NCBI GenBank assembly: GCA_963934255.1
Contig: CAWVXU010000039.1
Location: 1 to 22,871 of the forward strand
DNA: 22,871 bases
Reading direction: 5' to 3'
Source of the DNA: an uncultured Fibrobacterales bacterium
GTDB lineage: Bacteria; Fibrobacterota; Fibrobacteria; Fibrobacterales; CAWVXU01
Below the pieces are notes generated by a model. That model worked only from the letters and a program-made list of their open reading frames with translations. It did no database searches and was not told the origin of the DNA. The position numbers and the translations under genes are program-made. Shown one piece after another: positions 17,803-22,871 of the stretch; within the stretch, counting starts at the first letter, position 1; the number at the start of each line of letters is the position of its first letter.

Positions 17803-18588
17803 TTATTGAGAGATTGTTAAGTTTATTTTTGAGTAGGCGGGTAAGTACTCACCTGCTCTAGGGTATTGATTGATGACAGTTCCGGCAATATGTTTATCGC
17901 TTTTTTCTTCAATAACCTGACCAGGTTCAAATCCGAGTTCCTGAAGTTGTTGTTTTGCATCATCAAGTGAAGTTTCTGTAAGATTAGGTAGCAATGTTGT
18001 TTTGTCAATCCGTCCACTAGAGATTACTAATGATATGCTGTCTCCTGCACGTACCATCGAACCTTCTTGTGGTAAGCTACGAATAATAACTCCACGGGGG
18101 ATAGTTGAGTGTGAACCTTTAATCGTTTTACCTTGAACTACTCCTAATCTTTTAAGTGTGATTTTCCCTTGACGTAAGCTTTCACCTCTTAGATTAGGGA
18201 GTGGAGTTTTTCTTTTACCTAAAGATTTGGTAAGTCGAATATTTCTACCTACTTTAACCACTCGGCCGGCTTGAGGTAATTGTGTCAAAACTTGTCCTTC
18301 AGGGACGAGAGATGAATACTTGCCATCTTCTCGCCAAATGACGCCAAGATCTGCAGCAAGAATTGTAGCTTCTGCCTCTGGTGCTTCTAAACCTTCAACT
18401 GCTGGAATTTCAATAGTTGAAGTGAGTTGTCCAGAGATTATTGGCAGAATTACTTTATCGGTAAATATGAAAAGGACTGTACAGAGAATGAACCAAAACG
18501 TTCCTGCCCAAAGGATGTTTTTTGAGAATTTTTTTACACTCGTAACACTCTTGAGATCACTAACATTTGATTGTTTGTTCATCTTCAC
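17803..18588 (-). CDS. Membrane-anchored protein with three PASTA domains and no kinase or PBP domain
   Basis: TM segment ILWAGTFWFILCTVLFIF, then three repeats: IPAVEG...GQVLTQLPQAG, LPNLRG...GVIIRSLPQEG, LPNLTE...GTVINQYPRAG. GTGA overlap with the crp stop (alternative ATG 18582). Confidence 0.9.
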   Translation of the reverse strand: MKMNKQSNVSDLKSVTSVKKFSKNILWAGTFWFILCTVLFIFTDKVILPIISGQLTSTIEIPAVEGLEAPEAEATILAADLGVIWREDGKYSSLVPEGQVLTQLPQAGRVVKVGRNIRLTKSLGKRKTPLPNLRGESLRQGKITLKRLGVVQGKTIKGSHSTIPRGVIIRSLPQEGSMVRAGDSISLVISSGRIDKTTLLPNLTETSLDDAKQQLQELGFEPGQVIEEKSDKHIAGTVINQYPRAGEYLPAYSKINLTISQ

Positions 18589-19298
18589 TCTGGAATCTCT
18601 GGGGCATCTTGAAGCCCCAACTCTTCTAAAATTAGAATGTCTTTTCCAACGATAGCGATAACACCTTTTTTCTTTAATGAGTTGAGTACTCGAGAGACTG
18701 TTTCTCTTGTAGTACCAGACATCTCAGCAAGTTGTTGTTGCGTTGGTTTGTTTGGGATCTTGGTAACCATTTGATCATCACTAATGTGAGTTCGCACTCC
18801 GCGCTCTTCCGCAAGATTAATCAAAGTTCCAGCGATTCGACCAAATACTGTCAAAGTAGATAGTGATCCGATTTGTCTATTGGCCTTACGAATACGAAGA
18901 GAAAATTCTTCTAAAAAAGAGAAGGCTAGGTCAGGGAATTGACGCATTTTTTCAATAAAATCGGGTCGTTGGATAACAACTAATTCAGAGGTGGTTGTGA
19001 CTTTGACTGAAGCTGAGCGAGGCTCTCCATCAATCAAAGACATTTCACCAAAAAAATCACCTGGTCCAAGAAAGGCTAGAATAGTTTCTCGCCCATCAGA
19101 CCCAGAGAGATAAACTTTGACTTCGCCTGTAGCAATTAAGAAAAACGTACTACTAGAATTGTCATCTTCATGGATGATATTTTCTTCTTTACCATATTTG
19201 CGCCTTTGGGCCACATCAGCGATCACCTTGAGTTGACCATCAGAAAGCCGTGAAAATAAATCCACACCTTTTAATAAATCGAGAATATCAATACCCAT
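18585..19298 (-). CDS. Crp/Fnr family regulator, CRP-like (cyclic-nucleotide binding)
   Basis: cNMP cassette FFGEMSLIDGEPRSASV; HTH TQQQLAEMSGTTRETVSRVL; no Cys residues, so not an Fe-S FNR. Confidence 0.92.
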   Translation of the reverse strand: MGIDILDLLKGVDLFSRLSDGQLKVIADVAQRRKYGKEENIIHEDDNSSSTFFLIATGEVKVYLSGSDGRETILAFLGPGDFFGEMSLIDGEPRSASVKVTTTSELVVIQRPDFIEKMRQFPDLAFSFLEEFSLRIRKANRQIGSLSTLTVFGRIAGTLINLAEERGVRTHISDDQMVTKIPNKPTQQQLAEMSGTTRETVSRVLNSLKKKGVIAIVGKDILILEELGLQDAPEIPE

Positions 19299-19311
19299 AG
19301 TTAACCCCTTT

Positions 19312-20595
19312 TTAAGCCATATCCACCTGGATGGATTGTTCGCGTGATGGTCCTACTGAAACAAGACCGATTTTAACATCGACAAGCTCTGAAATACGGT
19401 TTAAGTATTTACGAGTATTTTCAGGAAGGTCATCCCAATTAGTGCATTTAGTTGTGTCCGCATTCCAACCAGGAACTGTCTCCATGATAGGCTTTGCGCG
19501 TTCAACTTTAGATAGTTGGTTGGGGATAGTCATGTGGATGACACCGTCAATATCGTATCCAGTACAAATTTGAATCTCATCAAAAGTATCCAAAACATCT
19601 ACTTTAGTAATTGCTAGGTGAGTCAAGCCATTGACTTGAACTGCTTTGCGAACCACAGGTGCATCAAACCAACCACAACGGCGTTTACGTCCGGTAGTTG
19701 CCCCAAATTCGTGACCAATTTCGCCAAGTTTTTGACCAGCAGCATCGTTAAGCTCAGTAGGGAAAGGTCCGTTACCAACGCGGGTAGTGTATGCTTTAAC
19801 AACACCTACAGATTGATCGATAACAGTAGGCCCCATACCAGAACCTGAACAAGCAGCGCCAGCGACTGTATTTGAAGATGTTACAAATGGATAAGTACCA
19901 TGGTCAACATCTAGGATAGTACCTTGAGCGCCTTCGAAGATAAGGACTTTATTGTCTTTCCATGCTTTATAAAGCAGGTCAGTTGTATCACAAATATATT
20001 GTTTAAGTAACTGGCCATATTCCCAATATTCCTCAATAATTGCTTCAACATCAAGTGCTTCACCATCAAAGAGAGTGACAATTTCGTGATTTTTTACTTC
20101 AGCAATTGCGCGAATGCGACGTTCAAGCTGCGGACGCTCTAACATATCACCTACTCTGAAACCGAGACGATTGACTTTGTCAGAGTAACAAGGGCCAATT
20201 CCGCGGCCAGTTGTGCCGATAGCATCTTTGCCGGCTTTGATCTCTTTAAGTTGATCTAGAACTTTGTGGAACGGGAGGACTACATGAGCGTTGTCGGCAA
20301 TTTTGAGACGATCGCCAGGGACGATGCCTTTTTCTTTTAGCTCACCAAGCTCAATTAGTAGTTGTGCGGGGTCCAAAACAACACCATTTGTTATGCAACA
20401 AATTTTGGTTGGGTGCATGATACCTGATGGGATGAGGTGAAAGACAAACTCTTCTTCACCAACAACTACGGTGTGTCCCGCGTTTGCTCCACCCTGGAAG
20501 CGGATGATATAGTCAGACTCTAAAGTTAAGTAGTCGACAACTTTTGCTTTTCCTTCGTCTCCCCATTGAGAGCCTATTACGATGCGGTTAGCCAT
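19312..20595 (-). CDS. purA: Adenylosuccinate synthetase
   Basis: GSQWGDEGKAK, RFQGGANAGHT, IGTTGRGIGP, EGAQG, GTYPFVTSS, KAYTTRVGNGPFPTE, GATTGRKRRCGWFD; AAGGAA RBS. Confidence 0.98.
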   Translation of the reverse strand: MANRIVIGSQWGDEGKAKVVDYLTLESDYIIRFQGGANAGHTVVVGEEEFVFHLIPSGIMHPTKICCITNGVVLDPAQLLIELGELKEKGIVPGDRLKIADNAHVVLPFHKVLDQLKEIKAGKDAIGTTGRGIGPCYSDKVNRLGFRVGDMLERPQLERRIRAIAEVKNHEIVTLFDGEALDVEAIIEEYWEYGQLLKQYICDTTDLLYKAWKDNKVLIFEGAQGTILDVDHGTYPFVTSSNTVAGAACSGSGMGPTVIDQSVGVVKAYTTRVGNGPFPTELNDAAGQKLGEIGHEFGATTGRKRRCGWFDAPVVRKAVQVNGLTHLAITKVDVLDTFDEIQICTGYDIDGVIHMTIPNQLSKVERAKPIMETVPGWNADTTKCTNWDDLPENTRKYLNRISELVDVKIGLVSVGPSREQSIQVDMA

Positions 20596-20606
20596 TAAAA
20601 TTCCTT

Positions 20607-20649
20607 AATAAACAAATACGACCTCCAAGCGGGTGAGCCTGAGGTCGTA
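20607..20649 (-). promoter_or_regulatory. Terminator-like hairpin in the purA 5' leader
   Basis: Minus strand TACGACCTC-AGGC-TCACCC-GCTT-G-GAGGTCGTA followed by TTTGTTTATT, then the RBS and ATG. Confidence 0.5.
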
Positions 20650-20950
20650 AAATACAAGTTTTTACTAGCTAAAAGTAGTAATTATTAATGGAAATGCGAG
20701 TGAAATGTGGTGTTAGATAGTTCAATACGTTGAGGTTTGAGGCATAGTGTCAAAAAACCAAATTATTGAAAATCAAAAAAAATATAGGCTAATTTTTTTG
20801 GGTGTTACCAGATCCAGTTGAGCATCAGTGAGAAGGTGCTTTGGCTGAAATAGCTTCAGAACCAATTGCCAAGCCTAATCTCATATTTGAATAGGTGAGC
20901 TTACTTTAAGGTTCAAAACCTTGATTTGCCATTATTGTTGCTCACTTTAT

Positions 20951-20984
20951 AAAAATAGCCTTCAAGGGTGAGGTGAAGGCTATT
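20951..20984 (-). terminator. Rho-independent terminator after gyrB
   Basis: Perfect 11-bp stem AATAGCCTTCA / TGAAGGCTATT (20954-20964, 20974-20984) with a 9-nt loop and a T run, 26 nt past the gyrB stop. Confidence 0.85.
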
Positions 20985-21010
20985 GGTTTTTTTGAGAGAG
21001 TATTTTTTCT

Positions 21011-22871
<1,861 letters not shown>

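Overview
A 22.9-kb bacterial chromosome segment that is AT-rich by eye, most likely from the FCB group and possibly Fibrobacterota (inferred from a T9SS-type C-terminal domain, type 2 IleRS, the punA-ileS-dksA order and gyrB without a downstream gyrA). Almost all genes lie on the minus strand. In transcription order they are gyrB (5' partial); a tightly coupled six-gene unit of purA, a CRP-family regulator, a 3xPASTA membrane protein, a TPR lipoprotein, a LolB/DUF4292-like lipoprotein and a secreted M6-type metalloprotease homolog with a degenerate active site; then adk, manA, punA, ileS, a dksA/traR-family gene, fabV and a small membrane ORF. At the left end, a secreted CE4 polysaccharide deacetylase that the ORF track missed (3' partial) is divergent from two coupled, diverged paralogous outer-membrane beta-barrel genes of unknown function. 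I found no rRNA, tRNA, CRISPR array or mobile element. The best candidates for undescribed biology are the purA-crp-PASTA-TPR-LolB-like-pseudoprotease envelope operon, the beta-barrel pair, and structured non-coding segments upstream of purA and of the barrel pair.
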